From positions 183,234 to 247,233 of the forward strand of contig NIVC01001709.1 of assembly GCA_002269645.1 (NCBI GenBank): 64,000 nt of DNA. The letters run 5' to 3'. Positions within the stretch are counted from its first letter, which is position 1, and the number at the start of each line of letters is the position of its first letter. The position numbers and the translations under genes are program-made. This stretch comes from Macrostomum lignano. Taxonomy: Eukaryota. Positions 24,758-35,631 of the stretch are shown here, one piece after another. The notes under the pieces were generated by a model. That model saw only the letters and a program-made list of their open reading frames with translations, ran no database searches and had not been told where the DNA came from.

Positions 24758-25144
24758 CTGGAAGCAGGCCAGAGTAAGGGCAGTATTCTTATTAGTATCA
24801 ATCTGAGAGTTGATGTCGGAGCCGCGGTCCAGCAGCAGTTTGACGGCGGCCACGTGACCATTCATAGCGGCCAGCATGAGCGGCGAGATGCCCAGCTTGG
24901 AGCCTGTGCGGCTGTTAATCTCGGCGCCGAATTTGAGCAGCAGCTCGATGATGTTGGTGAAGCCGCAAGAGGCGGCTAGGCTCAGCGGGGTGTAGTCAGA
25001 CACGTTGCGGTGCTCCTTGTTGGCGCCGTTGGCTAGGAGAAGCTCGACAACGTCGTAACGACCGGACGAGCAGGCCAGGGACAGCGCGGTGTCCTTGGTG
25101 CGCTCGGAGCAAGCCTCAAGATCGGCGTTGCGCTTGATTAGTAC
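24758..25144 (-). CDS. ANKHD1/ANKRD17 (mask): MASK exon (ankyrin repeats)
   Basis: CAG|GTA acceptor and CAG|GTGAG donor, 387 nt, phase 0/0. Motifs: SERTKDTALSLACSSGR, HRNVSDYTPLSLAASCG, TGSKLGISPLMLAAMNGH, TNKNTALTLACFQ. Confidence 0.94.
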
Positions 25145-25184
25145 CTGTTGGAAATGTGAAAGGTAAGTTATAACTGAGGATTTA

Positions 25185-25730
25185 AAACTTTATTCATTCA
25201 CACCCTCTATTCACTCATTTATTCATTTACACCCTCTATTCACTCATTTATTCATTTACACCCTCTATTCACTCATTTATTCATTTATACCCTCTATTCA
25301 CTCATTTATTCATTTACACCCTCTATTCACTAATTTATTCATTTATACCCTCTATTCACTCATTTATTCATTTACACCCTCTATTCACTAAGCTACTCAT
25401 TCACACTCCATTCACTAAGCTACTCATTCACACTCCCTTCACTAAGCTACTCATTCACACCCTACATTCACTCAGTTATTCATTCACACCCTCTATTCAC
25501 TAAGCTACTCATTCACACCCTACATTCACTCAGTTATTCATTCACACCTTATATTCACTCATTTATTCATTCACACCCTCTATTCACTCAGTTATTCATT
25601 CCCACCTTATATTCACTCATTTATTCATTCACACCCTCTATTCACTCAGTTATTCATTCACACCTTATATTCACTCATTTAATCATTCACACCCTATTCA
25701 TTCAGTTATTCATTCACATCAATCAATTCA
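25185..25730. repeat. ~29-bp degenerate intronic minisatellite (TTATTCATTCACACCCTCTATTCACTCAT)
   Basis: Units read directly. Confidence 0.88.
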
Positions 25731-25891
25731 CTAAGCTATAAGTTATTCACTCCCCCAGTCACTAAACTAGATTAATAAAATATGGCTATTCACAAATGCT
25801 ACCATAATCACCAATCTCAATATCCCTTATTCACGAAGCTATTCACTTATTTTTAATTATCTCAAGCAAAGTTAATTGCAGGCCAGCTCAC

Positions 25892-26386
25892 CTCGCACAC
25901 ATCATTATTGCCGGCCGTGGCAGCGATAATAAGCGGCGTGAAACCTTTCTTATCTCGATGCTCAATATTGCTTCCGTGGTCCAGCAGAACCTTGACAAGT
26001 TCGGCGTGTCCGTGCTGACAGGCGACTGTCAATGCGGTCTCGCCGCCGCTCTCAGTAGCCGAGTTGACATCAATTAGACAGGAGTCGATCGACTCGGCGG
26101 CAGCGGCAAGCAGCTGACTGTTGGGCGCGGGCGGACTGTCGGAGGCTGGCGGGTAGGTGTCAGCAAACAGTTCCTTAGTCTTGGTGAGCAGGCTGGTCAG
26201 CTTGTCTGTGATGGGGCCGCTCAGCGGCCTGCGAGCTTCGGTGAGTTCGCGCTCAACCCGCTGCAGTTCCTCCATGAAGTGCTTCTTGGCGCACTGGGCA
26301 GCGGCTGAGTTCGATTTGCCGCCGGTGAGGCCGGACTCCTGCAGCGATACCCACTTGTTGAGCAGCTCCTCCAGCTTCTCGGAGTT
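25892..26386 (-). CDS. ANKHD1/ANKRD17 (mask): MASK exon (inter-ankyrin coiled coil and start of second ankyrin block)
   Basis: KKHFMEELQRVEREL, DVNSATESGGETALTVAC, IEHRDKKGFTPLIIAATAG. Donor GAG|GTGAG at 25892. Acceptor TTGCAG|AAC at 26386 has a phase conflict (see findings). Confidence 0.85.
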
Positions 26387-26492
26387 CTGCAAGGCAAACA
26401 TTAGGGAGTCGGTTATAATAATCAGGCAATATTATGATCAGGAGGGGTTGCTGAGATGCCAATGATCCATGGGGGGGAGGGTGTTCGCTCAC

Positions 26493-27397
26493 CTGAGCGT
26501 AGCCAGGTGCCGCAACTCAGCCTCGGAGCCGGCGCAATTGTCAGTCGAGCCAATCGCGCCCACAACGGCAGCCGCGGCGGTGGCAACTCCGGTTGAAGCC
26601 GGCGGTTGCTGCTGGTGCTGGTGTGGGCAGGATGCGGCGACTGCTGCGGCAGCATCGGCTGAGACGGAATTGGCGGCCGCTGACGCCACGTCGACAGCCT
26701 CGGACAGGGCGGCGGCGCCGGCCGCTTGCTCGTCGCCGTCGTTATTGTTGTCGTCGCTGTCCATAGCAGCAGCGGCGTTGTCAAGCAGCAGCTTGCACAG
26801 GTGGGTGTGACCGCCTTTGCAGGCCTCGATCAGCACGTTTGAGCCGTCCTTCAGCAGCACGGTGGGATCGGCCCGGCAGGACAGCAGGAACTCTACAACT
26901 GGCAGGTGGCCGCCGGCGCAGGCCAGTGACAGGGGCGTGTGCTCCCGGCCCAGGGCGAACCGGTTCACCTGGGCGCCGCGTTCAACCAGCAGGCGGGCCA
27001 CGTCCAGGTGGCCGGACCGGCAGGCCTTCATCAGCGGCGTCCGGTCGCCTTCGGCTAGGCAGTCAATCTCGGCGCCGGACTGCAGCAGCAGCTCGCAGAC
27101 CTCCTGGTGGCCGCTCTCGGCGGCGAAGTGCAGAGCGCAGTCGCCCGTAGGCGAACGCTTGTCTACGCGGGCCCCGTCTAGCAGGAGCTTCTTGACTAGC
27201 TGGGCGTGGCCTTCCTGGGCCGCCTCCATTAGCGGGGTGGAGGAGCCGAGCTCGATGTCGGCACCGCAGCGGAGCAGCAGCTGGGCGACCTCGGTGAAGC
27301 CGGCGTTGCAGGCCTGCGACAGAGCCGTCTCTTTGGTCTCCTCCGTGATGGCGTTGATGTTGGCGCCCATGGCCAGCAGCAGCGCCACCATCTCGAG
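26493..27397 (-). CDS. ANKHD1/ANKRD17 (mask): MASK exon (end of first ankyrin block)
   Basis: LEMVALLLAMGANINAITEETKETALSQAC, DIELGSSTPLMEAAQEGH, EGDRTPLMKACRSGH, LKDGSNVLIEACKGGH. Acceptor CAG|CTC, donor AG|GTGAG. Confidence 0.92.
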
Positions 27398-27446
27398 CTG
27401 GAGTAGTTAGAGTCGGGTGCGGTGAAGTTTTTATACTGGACAGTTA

Positions 27447-27740
27447 GAGCTTGCAGACCCACTGCCAGTCCCACTTGCAGACCCACTGCCAGTCCCACTT
27501 GCAGACCCACTGCCAGTCCCACTTGCAGACCCACTGCCAGTCCCACTTGCAGACCCACTGCCAGTCCCAGTTGCAGACCCACTGCCAGTCCCAGTTGCAG
27601 ACCCACTGCCAGTCCCAGTTGCAGACCCACTGCCAGTCCCATTTGCAGACCCACTGCCAGTCCCACTTGCAGACCCACTGCCAGTCCCACTTGCAGACCA
27701 ACTGCCAGTCCCACTTGCAGACCCACTGCCAGTCTCACTT
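27447..27740. repeat. 24-bp intronic minisatellite (ACTTGCAGACCCACTGCCAGTCCC)n
   Basis: About 12 copies. Confidence 0.95.
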
Positions 27741-27785
27741 GCACCCCTACAGAGAAATAAAACCAATAAGATTAATTAATCTCAC

Positions 27786-28073
27786 CTGGCCCTCCCTGGC
27801 GGCCTCCATCAGAGCCTGGTAGCCCTCGTCGTTGACCTCGTGCAGGTCGGCGCCGTAGCCAATGAGCAGGCTGGCCAAGTGCAGGTGGCCGCCGCAGGCA
27901 GCCAGGGTCAGCGGAGTCTCGAAGCTGTCTGGCGGCATGGAGATCTGGGCTCCGTGCTCAAGCAGCAGCCGAGCAACCTCGGTGTGGCCGTCCATGGAGG
28001 CCTCCATCAGCGAGGTGTGCATCTCGTCCGTCTTGTGCTCGGAATCTGCGCCAGACTCCAGCAGGAAGCGGAC
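27786..28073 (-). CDS. ANKHD1/ANKRD17 (mask): MASK exon (ankyrin repeats)
   Basis: VRFLLESGADSEHKTDEMHTSLMEASMDGH..PDSFETPLTLAACGGH..EVNDEGYQALMEAAREG; 288 nt, canonical AG/GT, phase 0/0. Confidence 0.95.
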
Positions 28074-28194
28074 CTGGATAGGGAAGGGAGAGTGAGCGAG
28101 AACGCTTATGGGTCTGACTGTGATTTGGGGATCTGAGACAGTGAATTATGGGAACTAAAACAGGGAAATTTTGGATTGGAGATGGCGAACGCTT

Positions 28195-29115
28195 GGTTTA
28201 GGAATCTGGGAGAGTTAATACTGGAAATTGGGGATCTGGGAGAGTAATATACTGGAAATTAGGGATCTGGGAGAGTAAATACTGAAAATTGGGGATCTGG
28301 GAGAGTAATATACTGGAAATTGGGGATCTGGGAGAGTAAATACTGGAAATTGGGGATCTGGGAGAGTAATATACTGGAAATCGGGGATCTGGGAGAGTAA
28401 ATACTGAAAATTGGGGATCTGGGAGAGTAAATACTGGAAATTGGGGATCTGGGAGAGTAATATACTGGAAATCGGGGATCTGGGAGAGTAAATACTGGAA
28501 ATTGGGGATCTGGGAGAGTAATATACTGGAAATCGGGGATCTGGGAGAGTAAATACTGAAAATTGGGGATCTGGGAGAGTAAATACTGAAAATTGGGGAT
28601 CTGGGAGAGTTAATACTGAAAATTGGGGATCTGGGAGAGTAATATACTGAAAATTGGGGATCTGGGAGAGTTAATACTGAAAATTGGGGATCTGGGAGAG
28701 TTAATACTGAAAATTGGGGATCTGGGAGAGTAATATACTGAAAATTGGGGATCTGGGAGAGTAAATACTGGAAATTGGGGATCTGGGAGAGTTAATACTG
28801 AAAATTGGGGATCTGGGAGAGTAAATACTGGAAATTGGGGATCTGGGAGAGTTAATACTGAAAATTGGGGATCTGGGAGAGTAATATACTGAAAATTGGG
28901 GATCTGGGAGAGTAAATACTGGAAATTGGGGATCTGGGTGTGAATACTGGGAATTGGGCACCTGGGAGACTGAATACTGGGAATTGGGCATCTGGGAGAC
29001 TGAATACTGGGAATTAGGCATCTGGGAGACTGAATACTGGGAATTGGGCATCTGGAAGACTGAATACTGGGAATTAGGCATCTGGGAGACTGAATACTGG
29101 GAATCGGGGATCTGG
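28195..29115. repeat. 30/31-bp intronic minisatellite (GGGGATCTGGGAGAGTAAATACTGGAAATT)n
   Basis: Units read directly; a variant subtype (GGGCATCTGGGAGACTGAATACTGGGAATT) occurs at the right end. Confidence 0.93.
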
Positions 29116-29174
29116 TAGGGTTAATCCCAGTATTTTAAGAACTTCATTGTTGCGCGTTTACTAATTGAACTCAC

Positions 29175-29426
29175 CATCTCCAGATGGCCCTTGTAGCAGG
29201 CAAGAGTCAAGGCGGACTCTTTGAACTCGGTCGAATGGCTGTTGATATTGGCGCCACGTTCCAGCAGCAGTCTGGCAACGCGGATGTGACCGTTTGAGCT
29301 GCACTCCATCAGCGGCGTGTGCCCGTTCTCATTCTGGCGCTCCAGATCGGCGCCAGCCTCGCATAGCAGCTGTACAGTGGACACGTGACCGTTGGCAGCC
29401 GCCACGTGAAGGGGACTCGAGCCAGC
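29175..29426 (-). CDS. ANKHD1/ANKRD17 (mask): MASK exon (ankyrin repeats)
   Basis: AGSSPLHVAAANGH..QNENGHTPLMECSSNGH..HSTEFKESALTLACYKGHLEM; 252 nt, phase 0/0. Confidence 0.95.
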
Positions 29427-29574
29427 CTGGAGTTGGTTAATTAAACAGAAATAAAAAGTCAGCTCTACACTCTGATCTGCCTACTTACTACCAGTAATAA
29501 TTGAAACAACTTAATAGCCACGAGCCAATGCTCTTTGTCAGTTAGATTGGCGCAGCGCTGTTTGATACGCCAAT

Positions 29575-29900
29575 ATGAAGTGTTGAGGCGCTAGAGTACG
29601 CAGGTTTGAGGCGCCAATATGGGAGTGTTGAGGCGCTAGAACACGCAGGTTTGAGGCGCCAATATGGGAGTGTTGAGGCGCTAGAACACGCTGTTTGAGG
29701 CACCAATATGGGTGAGTGTTGAGGCGCTAGAATACGCTGTTTGAGGCACCAATATGGGAGAGTGTTGAGGCGCTAGAGCATGCTGTTTAAGGCGCCAATG
29801 GGAGTGAGTTTTTAGGCACTGGAACACGCTGTTTGAGGCACCAATATGGGTGAGAGTTAAGGCGCTAGAACACGCAGGTTTGGGGCGCCAATATGGGCGT
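29575..29900. repeat. ~45-bp intronic minisatellite (TGAGGCGCTAGAACACGCAGGTTTGAGGCGCCAATATGGGAGTGT)
   Basis: About 7 degenerate copies. Confidence 0.88.
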
Positions 29901-30018
29901 GTTGTGAAACTGTGGAATCAAAGGCCGCCTCCTTAAGCGAAGACGATATTCTAAAACATGGCGAATTTCCCCAAAAGAAGCCGAAATTACCAGGCACAAG
30001 CAAGAAATTCTGACGCAC

Positions 30019-30612
30019 CTGATTGCACAGATTGACGTCGGCTTTGTGCTGCAGCAGCAGGCGCGCCATTTCATCCAGACCGGCGCTAGCCGCCTCAATC
30101 AGCGGCGTGCTGTCGCCTTTCAGGCTGCGGCAATTCGCATCGGCGCCGTAGTTGAGCAGCACTCTGGCCAGATCGAAGAAATTGGATGTGACGGCGATCA
30201 ACAGCGGCGGGTCGTTGTCGCCGGCGCTGCCAGGCAGACAGCCGTTGTGCAGGAGCTCCACTTTGCCGCTAGCCGCTGCTGCCGCGGCTGCTGCTGCTGC
30301 GGCGGCTGCATCAGCGGCTGGCAGGTCGGCTAGCTGCTGCAGAGTGTGCGGACTGCGGGCGATTGCGACAGCGGCGGCGGCTACTGCCGCTGCGTCTCCG
30401 CCGCCGCTGCTGCCACCAGTAACAGCGCCGTCCACGGCAGCTGCGCCGTCGGCAGCTTCGGGCGGCTGCGCGTTGAGCGAAAGGAGCAACTCGTGCAGCT
30501 TCCTGGCTGTCTGGGCGTCGCATTCCAGTAGGCGGCTGCTGTCACCGGAGTCGTCCGTGGCGGCGGCAGCGATGGCACCCCCGGCGTCAGGGCAGTGGTT
30601 TGCAGAATCGAT
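30019..30612 (-). CDS. ANKHD1/ANKRD17 (mask): MASK exon (N-terminal region and first ankyrin repeats)
   Basis: Acceptor CATCAG|ATC. RLLECDAQTARKLHELLL, NDPPLLIAVTSNFFDLARVLL, KGDSTPLIEAASAG. Donor CAG|GTGCG; 594 nt. Confidence 0.88.
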
Positions 30613-32593
30613 CTGATGATCAGAAGAGATTGAATGAGCAGATGTAACATATAGCTAGGGTTTTAAGCATCAGAATCACAGAGCCATTTGGCATACTGGG
30701 TCAGAACTTAGAAATACCAAACATCTCTATCCTGTCCTTATATTGCTGAGCCTCTCTGAGACTGTGTTTACAGAATACTTAAATTTAACATTTGATACAA
30801 GCCTTGCGAATCCAAAATGAATTAAAAAATATGGAGCATAAATTAAATGGCACCCAGTTTGTAGACAGACATGATTGCCAATTTAGCTTCTCTGGTCCAA
30901 ATTCAGACAAAAAACTAGCATATTTTTCAAAATCATAAAAAAACTTGATATAATGTCTTACACCTATTACAATTTTTGATTATTAAAAACAAAATACTAT
31001 AAGACACTTATTATTTGACTGGTTCATCAAAACAATTAAACAGTTGGAAAAAAGAATTATTTGAACATTTGAGAATTAAATTGGGAATGATTTTGCTTGC
31101 TGGGTTATTCCATGATAGGGTCATCAAAGGTATAGAAATTTTTTTTTAAATTATTTGCAAATGTGAATATTTCATTTTGCATATAATTATGTATAGTTTC
31201 ATTTTTATATAGTTTCATATACATTTATCTACCTCTAGGTATATATATTTTGTTTTGATCATGGTACCCTTGCAAGATTTTAAATGTCCCGCGGGACATT
31301 ATAAAAAGTTTAATCTAGTTTTCAATAAGAAAAAAAGTTAATAAACATAATGCATCAAGTGCATAAATAATAAAAATCTTTCTTTCTTATATCTAAAGAC
31401 TGAAATTATAAAGTTTTATGATCTAATATAGTTCTATCTATCATAATTTTATATTTTAAAAAGTTTGAATTCCCTTTTTTAAGTGTTAAAAACGACCATC
31501 ATTTTTTTTACAAAAAGTTGTTGTACTAATTTTCAAGAGGTTTATAAGTTGATAATTTTTTGCTAAAATATTTTCTGAGCCTATATTTAAGTTTATAGTC
31601 ATTTTTGTTAGTTTATGATAAGTGTAACATGCTAAAAAAACCCTGCAAAGTTACCTAATGACCATCATTTTCTGGTATTCTGAAATTTGTTGATCTTCAT
31701 AAAACCTGAATTACTATCATTTATTCCTAAATTTTATACAAAAAACTGAATTTACTGATATTCTAAAACCATGTCTTTTTTTAAATGTGAATTACTTATT
31801 CAATTTCTCTTTCAAAGTTTTTACAGTTTTGATTGTAAAGAAAAATATAGTGGAATTCAAGTCTTTTATTAAAAATGTATACTGTCAATTACTTGTTTGA
31901 TACCTTAAAATCATTTTCAACCTGCACTATTAAAAAGGTTGTTCAAATTACTAACCATGCACCTAGAACTCTCCACTTTAGTTTGCACTGCACTTTAACA
32001 CATGCCCCAATCTTCAGCATAAGTAGTCTAACTAGACTCAAGTTTTTACTATCTATTGGTGCTTGTTAAAACTAAGTTGCATGGCCAACCAAATTATGGA
32101 AGTTGCACATGTATCAGTCTACTATATCTGCCCTATACTAACTAACCCTTGACTAAGTTTTATCTATTTGACTAATAGTTCTACTTAAGCTATAAACAAT
32201 TATCTTTCTAGTTATGCTATTTTGTGTTAATTTGAATGATAAATTCTAACAAAAATAATAAGGCATATAGAAATAAAAGTTCATCAACTTATTACAATCT
32301 TGTAACATTAAAACTATAGAATTAAGACTCAATATTCTATTTATCTACTAGCAGACAAAAATAAAGTAGAAAAATAAAAATTTATAAACAATTGATAGTT
32401 ATTTTGTTTACTACTAGTTCCTTAGCCACTTTTTTGTCTACAAAAATATGATACAATAATATTGTTTATTATAAAATATTTCATATAATATCATTTGTTA
32501 GCACTATAAACTTAGAATAAAAATAGTAATAAGATAACAAACTCATTTTACAGTATAACAACTGACAACTATTATAAATATTAAGTCTATCTA

Positions 32594-32774
32594 CATGCTT
32601 GGGTGCAACCTTGGGATTCACTCAGCTGTTTCTATTGGCAACACACAGATATGTAAGTCGCTATTGGATAGAATAGTAGTCACGTGACTGCTCTCAGCCA
32701 ATAGCGACTTATATATGTGTGTGTGTGTGTTGCCAATAGAAATGGCCAGATGATTCCCAAAGTTGCGCATGTAT
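32594..32774. mobile_element. Foldback / long-TIR miniature element (Mutator-like?)
   Basis: Nearly the whole element is an imperfect inverted repeat centred on AGTAGTCACGTGACTGCT. It is flanked by an exact 9-bp direct repeat GTCTATCTA (32585-32593, 32775-32783). Confidence 0.7.
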
Positions 32775-33368
32775 GTCTATCTATAAAACTTACCCACACA
32801 TTTATCTAAATAGTAATTTTTTTTATATTTTATTAAATAATCAATCATTGTCAATTATTCATTCAATAAATTATAGATAAATGTTTAAAAAATAAATTGT
32901 GCAAATAAATAAATTATAGTCCTTCATTAAAATATACTTTTTGGAAAATAGTAAAATTTAAAATTAAAAAAAAATTAAAATTAAAAAAATTGATTTAACT
33001 TTTTGGCACTAATATAGTTTTGTTTGCAAAATTATTTTTCTTTTGAATTTGTGCCAGTTCTAATGATTAATAATGCAGGCAATATTTCAACATCATGGCC
33101 ATAGTTCCAAAGGCTACATATACGCTAAGAAATCCCAGTATACAACAAGGGTACTTATTATTCTTAGCAAGGTGCTACTTCATATTTTTGCGCCATGGTT
33201 GAAATTTTCATATATTTGTGCCATTTTTGTGCTTGGCACAAATTTGTGCCATACTATAGCCACTGACTAAGATAAATAAAATCTATATACAAAAAATTTA
33301 TATATAAAAATAATATACATAAATTTTAGCATATCTTGCAATATCTATTATGGAATATAAGCTTAAAT

Positions 33369-34507
33369 TAGAGGTCAGATGAGCAGAAAATTTTGGTCGG
33401 GCGTGAAATTTCATGAAATTTTCAAAGTTGGGCATGATTGTGAATTTATATTTGCATACATGTATTTTGAGCTCGTAAGTTACAAGTGTTGAAAATAACA
33501 AAACAAGAAAAGAAATATTTATAAATTGATAATAGCTACTTGGTAATGCTGTCAAGTCAACAAATTTAAAATTTATTACTCTTATACACATTTGTAGTGA
33601 TGGATCGAAATTCGATTTCGATTTCGATATTCCAAATTTCAAAACTAATTTTGCATCGAAATAATTTCAATTTCGAATTTCGATACCATTCATCGAAAAT
33701 CATTTTGAAATTTTGGTTATATTTTAACAATTTAGACATTGATGATCATGCTACACAAGAAAGAAAATCTATAGGAAGTGAAAGGAAGTGCGGTTCAAAG
33801 ACTCAGTAGGGAGGTGAGAATCGCCTTTTCTACAAGAAAGATTGTGCAGGGCACATACTGTTCCAGGCCTTGTGCTGTACCCACCTCAACCTCCACAATC
33901 CCACTGGCTGAACGCATCGGCGTGGATTTTAATTGGCTAAAGACTTAAAGCCTTAATGAAATGGATATAGGCTACTCATATCTAGATCTTCAGCTTTAAC
34001 AGCAGTGAAGTATAATACAACTTCTACTATATTTGTATGTACGAGTGTGTAATACATAATACACCAGCATTTTTTATTTTGTATTTTTAAAGTAAGTTAA
34101 ATCTTAAGTATTCTGGTTTCAACATATCAAATATACTTTTTATAAAACATGTAAGCTCATACATGCATAGGCAAGGTGTTAACCTTTTTGCATGATTAGC
34201 GAAAAAGTAAACATTTGTTAAGCTAAAAAATTTTGATTTCAATTTTGATTTCAATTTCAATTTCGATTCTAAGGAACCGAAAATTTCAATTTTGATTTTG
34301 ATTTGAAAAATAATTTCGATCCATTACTACACATTTGTGTTCACATATTTTGGTCAACCAAGTAGAAAAGTTATACTTCTAATAAAAATGTAATAAAGCG
34401 GAAATTCACGACTGTCGTGAATGGGTTTCAAGGAAATCACAATCGTGAAAAAAATGGTTGTGAATTCACGAAATCGTGATCACGATCGTGATCACGTCTG
34501 ACCCCTA
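33369..34507. mobile_element. Non-autonomous hAT-like element (outer, host of nested insertion)
   Basis: Ends TAGAGGTCAGATG.. and ..CGTCTGACCCCTA; perfect 8-bp TSD GCTTAAAT (33361-33368, 34508-34515); subterminal CGTGA/TCACG motifs. Confidence 0.82.
33595..34329. mobile_element. Non-autonomous hAT-like element (inner, nested)
   Basis: 18-bp TIR TAGTGATGGATCGAAATT / AATTTCGATCCATTACTA (17/18); perfect 8-bp TSD CACATTTG (33587-33594, 34330-34337); subterminal TTTCGA/TTTCAA repeats. Confidence 0.9.
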
Positions 34508-34527
34508 GCTTAAATATAGCTTACTTT

Positions 34528-35103
34528 CCAGGTTGCGGATGGTATGCATGTACGCCGGAACTTTTCCGGCGTACAAAACGGCCACCCTAAGTCCTTGGCG
34601 TATACAATCGGCGTACACAACCCCTGGCGCACTTTGTTGGCGTACACTATTGGCGTACACAAGTAACACAGCCACGCATACTTTTTTGGCGTACAAATTT
34701 TGGTGAATAAATTCATGCCGTGCATGAAAATTGTAAAGTAAATTAACGTTTTTACGTAAAGTAAAGGAAAATTTATATCGTCAATGATAAACTTTTTGCT
34801 TATTTTAAGTTAAAAAAAATTAAATTAGTGTAAAATTTTGCTGTAAGTATTAATTTTTCATAATTTTTTTTGTAGGTATTATTTAAGTTTGTTTAAACTG
34901 AAAAAATTCGTAATATTTTAAAGACACTTTTCATACCAAAGCATTTCCTAGAAAACTCTACTCGTGAAAACCGAATGACCTTTTTTTAGGAATTTTTGGT
35001 GTACATTTTAGTGCAACTTTTTGTTTTTGGCGTACACTGGCGTACAAAGTCCTTGACGCCCGAATTTTTTCCGGCGTACACGGGTACATGATCCGCACAC
35101 TGG
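34528..35103. mobile_element. Non-autonomous hAT-like element
   Basis: TIR CCAGGTTGCGGAT / ATCCGCACACTGG (11/13); perfect 8-bp TSD CTTACTTT (34520-34527, 35104-35111); many subterminal GGCGTACA motifs at both ends. Confidence 0.85.
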
Positions 35104-35502
35104 CTTACTTTATCTTATAATAAAAGTTTTTTTATATGCTGGCCAGTTTTTTGACTTCTTATGAAGACAAATAAATGTTAAAAATTAATTATGTATACCA
35201 CATGATCTAACTTCCAGTGTGGTTCTACTGTCGACCTGTGCTTTTCATTTATCAGACAAATATTGCATGTAGGATTGTAGACTACAACTAGGCCCTACTG
35301 TTACAATTTTTTTACAAACCTGTTACAATGTAGACTACTATTATTGTTATCAATTAACGATGCTATAACCGAACTCAAAGCCAATATATGTGTGCTTTAT
35401 TCTTTATTATATATTACTTACTTATTAAACAAAACACTTATTATTCGAACTGAATATAACATAAGATGAAAAACCGAAAAATAGAAATGAAAAAGTACAT
35501 AC

Positions 35503-35631
35503 CTCAGTGAGATCGTTAAGAGGAGAAATGTGCGCAAGCATTGGCGCTAAAGAACTGTCATTTACAGCTTCAATAAACACAGATGAATGCCTACTGCTTT
35601 CATCACTTGAGGAAGAACTATCGTCATTCAT
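35503..35631 (-). CDS. Candidate first coding exon of MASK (MNDDSSSSSDESS..LTE)
   Basis: ATG at 35631, 43 codons, strong donor GAG|GTATGT in phase 0 compatible with the 30612 acceptor. No recognisable homology, so assignment rests on splice geometry only. Confidence 0.45.

Noticed and set aside
24010-29900. Possible CRISPR-like repeat arrays
   Set aside because: Units are head-to-tail with no unique spacers, lie in eukaryotic introns, and no cas genes are present.
33050-33265. Possible hAT right end (..CTATAGCCACTG with TTGTGCC subterminal repeats)
   Set aside because: No matching left TIR with an ACTAAGAT duplication was found by eye; one-ended, so not called.
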